Positions 28,042-40,462 of a stretch of DNA of 64,000 bases are shown piece after piece. Source of the stretch: Eledone cirrhosa (taxonomy: Eukaryota); contig OZ024740.1 in assembly GCA_964016885.1 (NCBI GenBank), positions 359,166,001-359,230,000 on the forward strand, given 5' to 3'. The notes below the pieces were generated by a model. The model made no database searches and had not been told where the DNA came from. It saw only the letters and a program-made list of their open reading frames with translations. Every line of letters starts with the position of its first letter. Within the stretch, counting starts at the first letter, position 1. Both the position numbers and the translations under genes were made by a program.

Positions 28042-28243
28042 AGAAGTGGTAACACAACAGTTAGTTCACCATATCGAGAACAATTGTTTCACCTTAGCGG
28101 ATCTTCAGCTCGTAAGATCCACTAAGGTGAAACAATTGTTCTCGATATGGTGAACTAACTGTTGTGTTACCACTTCTACCTAACTCATCCCATGGACTTA
28201 GAGCTCTACCACTACGGATATTACCTTCCAGTGTTCTACCTCT
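28042..28243. mobile_element. Fold-back Penelope-type end with mini-hammerhead
   Basis: 64-bp inverted arms at 28042-28105 and 28114-28177; ends in TA; same family recurs at 62975-63114. Confidence 0.8.
28075..28112 (-). ncRNA. Minimal type I hammerhead motif
   Basis: cgag-CTGAAGA-t-cc(gctaa)gg-t-GAA-ACAATTGT-T-ctcg. Confidence 0.75.
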
Positions 28244-31200
28244 ATATATATAATTATGTATATGTATGTGTGTTTATTTGTGCGCAAAGTTAATCAATTC
28301 TTTGATTAAACGGATCAATTTACTTATCGCAGTAATTTTACAAACTTTTAACATTGGTGCATCAATGTTCGTGATATTTTACTTTCAAGCATTCCTATCC
28401 ACATTGTTGTCCATATATTGATCTCATTTCATCTATAGTTTTATTTGCCTTCAATCAAAATGTCCAAGCCTTGTCCTTACACTTAGGGTAGATGAAGGCC
28501 ACCAACGTCAGATTCTTTATTCTTTATGATATTTGAAAGCATCGAATTATTTTACTGATTAACTGTTGCGGACACTAACGATTACCAACGCCATCTGGCT
28601 TCATATTTTACTGTCGCTGTAGGTATCGAGAGTTCCAGCAGCCTAATCAACTGACTTCAATCAAATCTCATGTGTTGCCTTATATCTGTTAAATGGAAAT
28701 ACATTTTTCATGAACAAATTATTAAATTGATTTTAAGACCCACACATTTAATAATTGTTTATTCATTTATACCACTTTTTATAATGTTATAAAGAACAGA
28801 AATAGCAATTCAAAATATAAGGATGAAATATGTTTATTATGAAACTCATTAAAAACATGGTCTTTTAAATATCAAAATAGATTTCATTGAAATCATGGAG
28901 GGACAACGAAACCTGTTTATATAACAGCAAGAGTAATCAGTAGTTACAGTATTGGTGTGTCGAGTGATTGATAACCTGTTTCCGTTTAGATGTTAGGTAA
29001 ATTGAAAGTTTGCTTGCTATGTTTCATAACTAATTGGCTTGTTATATGAGTAGGTACATAAATGGCCGGAAGAAAGGAAGGGACGATAGCTAATTGTAGG
29101 GAGGTAAGGTTAATTGTAGAGATTGATGAAAGTAGAAAAACATATTTAGATAGTTTGTATGGAAATACAGAGGAAAATGTCATAAGATGAGTGTTGGTGA
29201 AGGTGTGAGTGTTCAAATGAAAAGATGAATATGTACATGCATGGATGACCATTTGAATGCTGTGGCATTGACTGGAGCTATGAATAAATGGCTATTGAAA
29301 GTTACTAAATATTATTTTCAATTTTTATGCGATTATGAAATCAAGAGTGAAAGTAATTTGGTGTTATTTTATGACTAGTAGTAAAGCTTAATGCAGTGGA
29401 TGCTGTAACGATAGTGATTTGTCAGGAATGCATTTAATTTGTCAGATATATCTAGAATTGTGGATTCAATTGAAATATACAGAGGTCACAATTAATAAAT
29501 TAAAAATTATCACACTAATATTTTGCGGCGACTTTTAGATTCAACACTGTAATTTATCCAAAGATTGTAAACCAGAAAACTTGTAAACCAGAAAAAAAAA
29601 TAAAATAAAATCTAAATCTTGTATTTTAAAATGGAAAAGCTAGAATGTGTTAAATTCCAACAAAGCGCAACATAGAATTAACCTAAAGTGTTTATAAAAT
29701 GTCTATAATTTTCGTGTATTCAGATTCAATGTGGTGATATTTTTTCTGATAAAAGAACTATTAAATACCGTCGCCTTATAGTTTTCCAAATCCCTACTGC
29801 ATTGCAAATTCAAATATACTTCAGGCGTTTGATTCCTTTAGTTTTTTCAGGAAATTTACGTGCGTGACTAGCATCCTGCAAAACATTTTGTAGATTATAT
29901 TATAGGGGTTATCATATTGACACCGGATAAAACTTTCTAGGAGTATATATAGTAAATATTTCGATACTGAATATATGATTATTTCTTACGTTATCCATCC
30001 TGGAATGATTTAAGAAAGAATTGATTTCCACAAGATTTTAAATCATAACATAAAGAGATACAAATATGTACCACTAGAATTTGGGAACTCTGTCGCCATT
30101 GGGACCTTATGTTTTAATTTTGATACTAGGCCAAGAATTTGAGGAGTGAGTTTAAGCCAATTGCATTGAACTCTGCATTTTACTGTTACTTTTTTGTTGA
30201 TTCGGAAATCATGACAGATAAGGTTTCTTAGCGGGATTTGAACTCATAACCTAAAGAAGGGGAAGAAATAATAGGGGGCAGTTTTTACGACACTCTTACC
30301 ATTCACCCATTCTTCTGCATTTAACAGTTCGTAATAATGAGATTTTAAAATACAGCAACAACTGTGTTGACTTGTGTGTTATTTAATCAAAAATATATAT
30401 TCAATTCATTTAGCTTCAGTGTAGTTATATTGTTTTATTCTTTTTTCATATTACTCACGAGATTGTGTAATATATCTACGGCAATGAGGGCTAGTAGTGA
30501 ATATCCATGTTCAAGCTATATATGTCGCTTGATAGATTTTAAACTTAGCACTGCAAACTAACGAAACATTAAGCAATCTAAAATGTGTCTAGTGCTTGGT
30601 ACTGTAACATTCATCGTAGCTACTTACATCTAGATCGCCAATCTTATATTGATGATAAAGATAGTTTTACAGATAACAGACTGTAGACACCAACAATATT
30701 GACTTAATAATGTTGGAAAACAATAGTATAGATCAGTTCTCCTCAACAAACAATTCTTAACTGTAGCAACGCAATCAATAACTAGACTGGTTTTATTGTT
30801 GTAGAGAAACAAATCAAAATATTCAGACAACCAATCTCTGCGTTTTGATCAGCCAGGATGTTTTGTTTCTATTTGGGATAAGCTAAAGATAGTTAATGCT
30901 GACAAAGGTCAGCAAGATTATCAAGAAGAAATCAGCAGCCAAAATAGCAGTTGGGAATAAAGTTTATTTTCGATAACTATATTGATATATTGGGGTGTGT
31001 AAAATCGCCTTGCATAAAACTATATTGATTTCAATTGTGTATTTGGAAAATGCGACTGGTCCTATGTAAAAGCTATTTCTTATTTTAAAAGAAATTGATG
31101 ATTATGCATGCTTACTCCAAAATATAAATTCAAAAGTATAGGGGGTATCTATAGAGTTCAAAAACTATAGTTGGACATCAATACAAAATCAATTTTCTCA

Positions 31201-31466
31201 GCTGATAATATTTTAGATATTTTTATTTTATCTATTCCTTTATATATTATGATAGAAATATCGGAACAAACTTATAGGACTATACAATGTTACAAGAGAT
31301 AGCCATGAATTTGTACATTCAAAAAGATTTATTCCCGTTAATGCTTTCGTTCAAAGTTCAGTTCTAAGCAAAGAAACTAAAATGTTGAAAACAATAAAAA
31401 CAAAGTTACTGTTAGTTTTGTTTCTAGTTTTTACAAGCTTACAGTACTAAATTAGTAGATTTAGAA

Positions 31467-31613
31467 CAGCCATAGGCAAGCTGCGGCCCGTTTGGATTTC
31501 TGAATGTTAAGCCTAATTTCAAAATTGCCTTCAGTTTTTATAGTAGTTTGGCCCGCCTGATGATGAGCTACATCCTATAAGGCCCACTGCTCAAAACATG
31601 TTGCCCATGCTTG
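31467..31613. mobile_element. hAT/Charlie-like MITE
   Basis: TIRs cagccataggcaa / ttgcccatgcttg, subterminal gcggcccg motifs; TSD atttagaa / gtttagag. Confidence 0.65.
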
Positions 31614-31776
31614 GTTTAGAGTGATGGGTTTCGATTCAGACAAAAAACTGTACTTAGCTCTTTAGTGAGAGGGGAAAATAGAGATGATTCATAGGTCATC
31701 ACATTCAAAACATCAGATATTTTCTCTCTTTCCTCCATAATATCTCCCTTTTACTCCCTCTTTCCCCTCTTCTCTT

Positions 31777-31818
<42 letters not shown>

Positions 31819-31843
31819 CATATATATATATATATATATATAT

Positions 31844-32033
31844 AACAAAGAAGGTGTAGTAAGATACCAGGTGGGCCATAACGCACCAGAGTACTGGTAG
31901 CAGAGTGGGTAATAGGAAAATACTCAGGACCCCAACGGCTGAACTCCGGCCGTTTCGACAACTAGATCCAAACTGTTCTGATCTAGCTGTCGAAACGGCT
32001 GGAGCTCAGCCGTCTGGGTCCTGACTCTTTTCC
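31844..32033. mobile_element. Short inverted Penelope-type end (family of 25318-26717) in (TA)n
   Basis: Reverse complement of the 26590-26717 end followed by a fold-back copy; arms ~31914-31968 and ~31980-32036. Confidence 0.8.
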
Positions 32034-32769
32034 TATATATGTGTGTGTATATATATGTATATATATGTATATATATATATATATGTGTATGTATATATAT
32101 ATATGTATATATATAACTTTAGGCTATCATACATTCAAAATTTATATTTCGGTCAGCGCTTCTTAAAAGTACGATTGTTTATATATTCTATTTATCTATC
32201 TCTCCCTTTGTGTATGTTTACCTATTTATATGAAAAAATAGCTCCTCTCTGTGGTAAGGTTTTGCATATGGGTTTTAACTGAGAAACTAAAACCATTAAC
32301 TTTCTAGATAAATTAATCAAAACTGATTTTATTCAATATCTGATTACCAACATTGTGAATATTAAGGATCCCATGCAGTCACATGTATGGATTTCGTGAA
32401 AAATTTCCTAAAAATAATTAACGATAAACTGATTAAAGTAAAATTACATCCCTAAACAATTATCCAGTTGAAATTAAATTCTTTGCATGCAAACAAAAAA
32501 TGCATTTTCAGAATGAACTAACCACTCATATGCGTATATGAGTCTGTATTCAAATAAATACTCCTAATAGCAAACTCATTCAAGATTGTCGAATGGACTG
32601 TACCTGTAAGGCAAAGAGCCAGCTTTGTCACACATCTTATCATAATGAATGTCAATGAAAATTACCTTGAGGGTATATGTGCTTGTGAAATGCTCAGCCA
32701 CTTACACGCTAATTTCAAGAGCAAGCTATTCTCGATGTATATCTGTGTGTATATATATATATATATATA

Positions 32770-33300
32770 TTTCTCGGACTTAGCTAGATTTAATATATAT
32801 GTTTATATATATATATATATAATCTAGCTAAGTCCGAGAAATGAGATAGCAGTACCGATGCACCAGTTTCTACGATTCCGTTCTGAAGGGCTGGTCTGAG
32901 TGGAACCACCAAGTGCAGAAATTAGATAATGTTAGTAAGCATTACGTAATTTGGTGGGGAACCGCGTCGTCAACAGGCGTTCGCCTCCCTGTAATGGAAA
33001 AGTTCAGTTGTCAGCTTGATTAGAACGTTGGCTATTCGTTACGGATCTCTGCCTTCTGAATACAAAGCTTTTCGAGGCCCATCTTGGCTTTAAACCCTTT
33101 CTGGATCAATAAAGAAGGTATCTGTGCTGCCTGCTGAATCCCTATGTCTTTCCAACTGTCACATCCAGGCTAGTCCGTTGGATCAAAGATCAGAATGGCG
33201 AAGGAGTTTCTGTGTCTGCACGCAAATGCACGGGCCCCTACCCCAAATCAGACTCGATTGTGGGTGACGGCGGTAGTTTTTTAAATAAATTATCACGGTT
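32770..33300 (-). mobile_element. Non-coding Penelope-type end with degenerate hammerhead and terminal snap-back around TA
   Basis: Minus strand TTGACGA-c-gcggttcc...ggaatcgt-a-GAA-actggt(gc)atcggt-A at ~32849-32977; tttctcggacttagctagatt inverted across a TA tract at 32770-32841; left boundary approximate. Confidence 0.5.
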
Positions 33301-34229
33301 TTGGTAAGTATTTATTTATAAAGAATCTATCAAGAACACGAAACATTTTTACATGCGTTATATATAGTTATATAACTCATATCAAATTTATTCAGTAAAA
33401 GTTTAATGTCAGTTTTCTTTGAACATACATCTGATTAAGTCAGCTCCAGCTGTAAAAAATTAGTTTCTTTTATATCCATGACAACACTATCCAATGTTTC
33501 CTTCATTTTTAAGACAGAAGAGTGTAATTAGAGGGAATACGGCTACTATATTTAGCAGGTTTAGGCTCTCTTGTTAGCACATCCAATGCAAAATATTTAT
33601 TTACTTTTTCTTTGTATTCTTACAAAACTGGAAGCACACAGAAGACAAACTGTCGTTAAATTCATAAACCTTTTATGCTCTGACTTTTTTTTTCTTTTGC
33701 AATATGCCTTTAAATTGCGTCCACATTTAGAGAATATGTGCATATATATATATGCGAATTATGTAAAGTATGTGTGATATGTTGGCACCCACATAGTATG
33801 TTACAGATAGAGACAATTGATGTGGTGGCAGTGTAATCCATCCAATGTGTTACTTCATTTATCGTCGGTTGAGGTGGGATTTGTTCAGAGTTTAGATAGG
33901 ATTTGAGTTGAGCTCTACTGCAACATACAAGGCCATTTCATGTTGACAGAGTTCAGCAGATGCTTAATGGTTTCCTCATAAACTGCGAGACATAAAAATA
34001 TTTAAAATCTTCTGTAATTTTATATTAAAAAAGAATTTATCAGCATCAGTATGAAACAAATTAAATATCCTGAAGTTGTAGTTTCCATTTAAACTAGTTT
34101 GTACCACCACTAAACTCCACGACTTGCTAATTATGTTATTATTATATACAGAAATACATTCATATTAACTCAGTGTTAGGGAGAGATGTCTTTCCTATTC
34201 CTAAAAACCAATGTGGCTGTTTTCATTGT

Positions 34230-35290
34230 ACAGGGTCGCTCGGTGTTTTGAGAACTCTTCTTTTTATAGCTCTACATATTTTATAACTTGTTCTGATTAT
34301 CATTTCGTTTCCCAAAATGATGACAGATTTCAAGCTAATTCATAAAGCCATGCGATAATCCTTGCCAAAAGGCAGGAAATAGTAATTTAGAGATTACTCA
34401 CTTACTGAAATTTGCACAGTCGTTTATTGTCAAAGTTCGCAATGAGCTGGAAGCCATTGATGAGGATTCTACAGCAGTAGCCAAATTTAAAAAGCCTGTT
34501 AAGGGTCATAGTACAATCAGAACACCCAAATGTGTACGGAAAATAAATTTAAAAAAAAACAGAAAGTTAATTAGCGCCATTGCTAAGAAGCTCAAGGTTT
34601 CAAGATACACTATCGGAAGAATTGTGCATGAGGACCTCCGATACAAGTTATATGGGATGCAAAGACATGAATTGGTCACTCTTCATGGACATGAATTTGT
34701 GGTCCGCACAAAGTGCTTATTGAACAAGTTGAAACAACAAGAACCTGGAACACTTTGGTTTTTCTGTCTTGAGAAAATCTTTGATCAGGACCAAAAGGTT
34801 AAACGAAGGATTGACAGATGGATAATATAGGGACATTAAATATATTCCAACAGCCATGCCCATAACCTTCCGGCAACAGTAAGCAGCGAGGAGATATCAT
34901 ACCTCCTCATTTTTTCTTCGGGGCGTAGGGACCAACTAGTTATAAGGAAGTGTTTGAGAGAGTTGTGAATCCCTGAATAGAGAGCGTTTGCAAAGGAAAG
35001 CTGTACACCTGTCAACAAGATTCTGCGTTGTTTCATGAAGCCAAACTGACCTCTGAATGGATGAGTTTCAATTTCCTCGATCACGCCGCCTCAAACATAT
35101 GTCATCATAGTTCTCCAGACCTAAATATGTTGGGGTAATAAGAGAAGTCAATCAATTCCACCATTACACTATAAAACCTCAGAAGACCACCGTATCTAAC
35201 GTAATGTCCAAAATAGATAAAGATCATCCGATTCAAGCATGTATTAAAGTACTCATCGAGGTTAATGACAAATTCATTATGTAGGTGCAT
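34230..35290 (+). pseudogene. Decayed Tc1/mariner (maT/DD37D-like) transposase
   Basis: Pieces AIAKKLKVSRYTIGRIVHEDL (HTH), WFFCLEKIFDQDQKVKRRIDRW (=WFFSDEK.F), QQDSA..H, SSPDLN. Confidence 0.75.
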
Positions 35291-37012
35291 TAAGAAGAAT
35301 GTCAAGATTATTGGTGCCAATTTTCTTCCATATAAACCTTTTCTGTCATGACTTATGCACCTTTTACTAAATCAACGCGAATGTCCTCAAAGAACACGTT
35401 GTGGATTAAATGAAAAAGTATTCAAACATTCTTATGTAGCGTAAAGGGGTTTAAAAGTTACTCACGTCTACTTTTATTATTTTATTCTAAATAACTTGCA
35501 TTACTTCAGAGAATATAACATATATTTATAACTCCCTCATTAAAATATCTAAACCTTAAACAAAACAGGTTTTACCTAAAAGTATTCTATGCCAGTGAAA
35601 TCAATATGATGTTAAATTTGATTGTGAGCTTCCTTCTTCTACCTAGCATTTATTTAATAATTGCATGTGTATGGGCTACTGAATCTCTAAATGAGATTAC
35701 TGTAAGCATGTAGGTATATGTTTATGTGACCGTGTGGTTATGAAGTTCGGTTCTTAATCATGAGGTTTTGAGATCAATCCCACTACGTAGTATGGTGGGT
35801 GAGTGTATTTTACAATAACCTTTGTCAATCCAACTGGCGTTAGTGCACTTGGGTAGAAAAGACATGTGTGGAATCCCGTCTGCGTGATTGTACCTGTAAT
35901 TCAAAGAGCCGAACTGTCCATACAATTTGTCTTACTGATTCTGCCTGTGGATTATCTTATGCGTCCACGTTTCCGTGGAATACTCACATACACGAAATTC
36001 AATCAAAAGGTAATTCAGATGAAAGAACAACTTAAATTATCATCATCAAAAGCAACGGAATATCAATTTACTCTTGATTTTATGTGTGAGAGATGGTATA
36101 TTTTTGTAAACATATAAGCAAATCTGAGAAGCTATTGAGAATACCTTTTAGAAACACTTCAAATCACGTTGCTTACACTCATGTGTAAACCATACATATT
36201 ACAATTTCAGAATAACATGTTTGTGTATAAGATATTTGTTGGAGGAAATGCCTAACAATATATAGTTCCATGACATTATATTCTGATTTCAAAACCTCTT
36301 GGGTATAACGTTGCTTTCCATCATTCCAGAAATGATAGAAAAAAATACAACAATATCCTGCGTTTGATTCAATCAATTATACACAACTCTCGTAACTAAA
36401 GTGGTCTTGGATGTAGTTAAAAGAAATCAATAGATATGTTTGAGGCCAGTCATATTATATACATACGATAGATGTAATGGAATAGCAGAAACAGTAGTGT
36501 GCCTGATTAAATTATTTACATTGTTTAGCTTGGTATTTGTTAAATTTAACTTCGGCTCAACTTTGCTTTCAATACCAGTGATATTTCAAGATTAATTCAA
36601 TAAACTATACCCTCTTTAAATATGTGATCTGGTCCATATATAAGAAAACGTGATATAATCGAAATACTCAACCGCCAAAGGACCTCGTTTAGGAATTGCC
36701 ATGTTTTACGCATTCACCTTGATAAAGGTTTCATCAATATTTTAGATATTTTATTTCTTTTTCTCTAATCGATAATATGTTAGATATTAGAGATATTTTC
36801 CTGTTATGTATACAGTAAAGAGAGCTTTACGTCATTTATATGCTTAACTACGGTTCTATCTATATAGTACTTGTTAAAAAGTTATTTTTAGAATTATAAT
36901 ATAAATGTAATTGACAGATGCCGAGAATATATATATATATATATATTATATTTGATATATATTTATCCTTATCGAGCCCTCTTTGGATTTTAGTCTTCAA
37001 ATTTATTATTAT

Positions 37013-37048
<36 letters not shown>

Positions 37049-37050
<2 letters not shown>

Positions 37051-37133
37051 CGAAGGAAGTGTGGTAAGGAACCAGGTGGACCGTAACGTACTTAATACAG
37101 CTTGAGCTCTGCCGTCGGTGTCTTGAACATTTT

Positions 37134-37135
<2 letters not shown>
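37049..37135. mobile_element. Very short inverted Penelope-type end (family of 25318-26717) in (TA)n
   Basis: aacgaaggaagtgtggtaaggaaccaggtggacc is the reverse of the 26685-26717 end, joined to a forward gcttgagctctgccgtcgg piece. Confidence 0.75.
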
Positions 37136-37184
<49 letters not shown>

Positions 37185-37355
37185 TCAGTATCTTTAGTAT
37201 CACACCGGTTTGAAATATTTAGCTTTTATTGCGAATTCTGCAATACACCTCCAACATGTATTTGCACTATTTTAGTGACTTTCTTGTGTCTTTGTTAGAC
37301 AAAGCAATTTCATTTCATTGGTTTATGTTTGATTTGTTTTTTTCCATGGTGGCAG

Positions 37356-37427
37356 TGACCTGGTTGATAACCGAATACACTACATAGCAGAAAATGCTTT
37401 TAAACCTTTAAATAATCTGCGGGAACT
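37356..37427 (+). CDS. Coding exon (72 bp, one LRR) of type-B LGR receptor
   Basis: ggcag / gtaagt; DLVDNRIHYIAENAFKPLNNLREL, canonical 24-aa LRR, phase 2-2; not in the ORF track. Confidence 0.88.
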
Positions 37428-37574
37428 GTAAGTATTTAATTTTCTTTTCATTTCATTAATTGCGCTGAGGAATTTTCAAAAAATGAAACAATTATTTCCT
37501 ACATAAGCATATCGCTGAATACTTGAATTGAATACATATTAAAGGGAAGTTTCCCCTGTAGAATCACTACGCTG

Positions 37575-37669
<95 letters not shown>

Positions 37670-37898
37670 TTATTTATTTATTTATTAAAATAACAGACAG
37701 ATTAAAGTTTAAGCAAAGAATCACTGCTTTCACCCTTAACGGGATCTTCTGAAACTAACAAAGTCAATCTGTGAACGCGGAAGTGAATATTTCAAAAAAC
37801 GTTGCAACCGGAGGAAGACAGGAAGACGATACTTTGGTTCGTGGAAACGTTCCCTGGCAAAGAACGGGGAAAAAACGAATATAATACGTCATTATTTG

Positions 37899-38008
37899 AG
37901 TTCAAATCCCGCCGAGGTTAACTTTGCCTTTCATCCTTACGGGGTTGATAAAATAAAGTACCAGTAATGTACTGGGTAATTGCTGGCCTTGTGCCAAAAG
38001 TAGAAACA
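37899..38008 (+). mobile_element. 5'-truncated SINE family 1 with 8-bp TSD
   Basis: TSD attatttg at 37891-37898 and 38009-38016; interrupts one copy of a local ~100-bp direct repeat. Confidence 0.85.
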
Positions 38009-38215
38009 ATTATTTGGAGCGGTGAAAAACAATTACACGCAAAGACAAAACCACGTTTATGGTATAAAAGAAGTCGTAGACTAATATTTTATTAGGTGGT
38101 TCATAGAGACGTTCTCTGGCAATGAACGGAAAAAACGAAGATAATACGTCATATGTGGAGCGTGGAGAACAATAGCACGCAAAGACAAAACCACGTAAAT
38201 GGTATAACTGAAGCC

Positions 38216-38729
38216 ATGAATAAAAATTAGAAAGAGAAGCCAGGACTATCCATCATCTAGCCATCATAGGTATTTCTTCGCATTAAAGATCAAATACCTC
38301 AAGCTAGCGCGAACAATAACTAAAATAAGTTATTGGGATAAAAAGGATTGGATGGTGAAAGAGTGACAGGTAAACACACAAGAATGGTGAGGCAACGCAC
38401 GGCCAAGATGTGGCTTTCGTCTTCTCGTCATTGATTCGCAAGTTCTTATGTTCACATGAATCACTGACTTGATTTTCTCCTTTTTTCCTCTCTTTACGTT
38501 GCCTCACCATTCTTGTTTATTTACCTGTCTCTCTTTCTCCACCCAATTCTTTTTATCCTAATAACTTATTTTAGTTATTATTCGCGCTAGCCTGAGGTAT
38601 CTGATCTTTAATGCGAAGAAATACCTATGATAGCTAGTAGATCACTGATGATGTATAGTCCTGGCTTCTCTTTCTAATTTTTATTCATATGTATCACATT
38701 CGCAACCACACAGCACGCTAGTTTTCATT

Positions 38730-38731
<2 letters not shown>
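38216..38731. mobile_element. Fold-back non-coding element, homologous to the 636-bp tandem unit, ending in (TA)n
   Basis: Inverted arms at 38216-38397 and 38497-38688; 3' motif catatgtatcacattcgcaac shared with the 27016 family. Confidence 0.85.
38582..38652 (+). ncRNA. Putative non-circularly permuted hammerhead ribozyme, copy B
   Basis: tcgc-g-ctagcc-tg-aggtaT-C-tgatct-ttaat-gcga-a-GAAA-tacct-atgat-agctag-t-agatca-CTGATGA-t; gapless alignment to A2 with compensatory changes. Confidence 0.7.
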
Positions 38732-38816
<85 letters not shown>

Positions 38817-39266
38817 GTGTGTTGGGGTCTATTTATTTCATTAATTATAGACTAGGACGGTTTGTTTATATAAAAGTAGGAATCACACGATTTTTTTTTA
38901 ACTAGTATATATATTGCTAGACAAAAGCAGTTTAATCTGCTATAAACCGAAAGTTACAAGCAGTGGGCAAAAGCGAATACGAATTTTGGAAACCAACATG
39001 CAGAGATATTTTGTTTAACGATGAATATTTGAAATAAAATGTTACCGGTAACGAAACTCATATAAGCTTAAACAAACTATGTCGTTTGATAAGGCTATTT
39101 CGTGAATATAATTATATGATGTTCTAGTGCAGTGTTCTATGTTTTGAACAAATCATCATTTCCTTAGTCGCTGGATGGTATTTCAAATTCAGTTGTTAAC
39201 ACACGGGTCGATTTAATCGACTTTTCTCAACCCCAAAATTGTTGGGTTTGTACCTAAATAGATACC

Positions 39267-39657
39267 AGGGTCGGACGCCGTGCTTTCCAGCATAGTTACG
39301 TCCTTTTACGGTCTGAGTTCAAATCCCGCCGAGGTTAACTTTGCCTTTCATCCTTACGGGGTGATAAAATAAAGTACCGGTAATGTACTGGGTAATTGCT
39401 GTCCGACTCCCTACCGATACTGCCAATCCACCATAATATTGGTTTCTACTTTTGGCACAAAGCCAGCAATTATCCCAGTGCATTACTGGGGCTTTATTTT
39501 ATCGACCCCGTAAGGATGAAACGCCGAGGCTAACTTTGCCCTTCATCATTACGGGGTCGATAAAATAAAGCACCAGTAACGTACTGGTTCGATTTAATCG
39601 ATTTTCCCTTCCCCTCAAATTACTGGCCTTGTGCCTATAGTAGAAACAATTATTATT
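39267..39657. mobile_element. Cluster of SINE family 1 pieces in alternating orientation
   Basis: Forward body, reverse 5' head, reverse 3' end, forward core plus tail. Confidence 0.8.
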
Positions 39658-39901
39658 GGTGATATATTTGGGAAGACGTGTTATTGTGAGCTTCACTATG
39701 TTTGATGTTTTAAGTTGTTTAAATCATTATTTGTTGAAATAGTTTAGTTATAAACTTTAAATAGAGTACTATGCATTACCCTGAGGAAAGGCAACCCATC
39801 GTATTTGGCTCAAAGACCCAAATATTTGAATTTTATTTTATTCAGTTTCATGCTAATTAGCGTTTAAAATAAATTGACGCGGAACGCCCCTCCTCTTCCA
39901 T

Positions 39902-39936
<35 letters not shown>

Positions 39937-39977
39937 CGATATTAAATAAATGGAAACTATATTTATAAAACCATATT

Positions 39978-40043
39978 TATTTCATTATATATATTTCAGG
40001 GATATCATATTAAAAATATGGTATGCCTTCTTCAGACAAAATA
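39978..40043 (-). ncRNA. Type I hammerhead in 3' pLTR
   Basis: tattttgt-CTGAAGA-agg..catatt/aatatg..cct-GAA-ATATATAT-A-atgaaata. Confidence 0.75.
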
Positions 40044-40291
40044 CAATATAAACAGTCTTATAAATAGATAGATTTGACATACCTTACAACTTCAACTTCC
40101 ATTTAAAAAGTTGATTTGGTAGTGAAAAATGTTAGGGACAGTTATAAAAAGAAAGAAAGAAAAAAAGCGAAGAAAAAGAAGAAATGCATGCAACTAAACA
40201 GAGAGAGATAGATATAGAGAGATAGATAGAGAGAAGAAATTCATGTAAAGAAACAGAGAGAGATAGATAGAGAGAGAAAAAACACAGAGGG

Positions 40292-40343
<52 letters not shown>

Positions 40344-40431
40344 AAATATAGAGAGAGATAGATATAGATAGAGATAGAGAGAAAGAAAATAGGTAGTTGG
40401 GCACCAGTTGAATGATGTATCAATGATATAT

Positions 40432-40462
<31 letters not shown>

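Noticed and set aside
38250-38312. Fourth copy of the permuted hammerhead in the left arm
   Set aside because: A ~9-nt deletion removes the stem I partner and the start of CUGAUGA, so it is predicted inactive.
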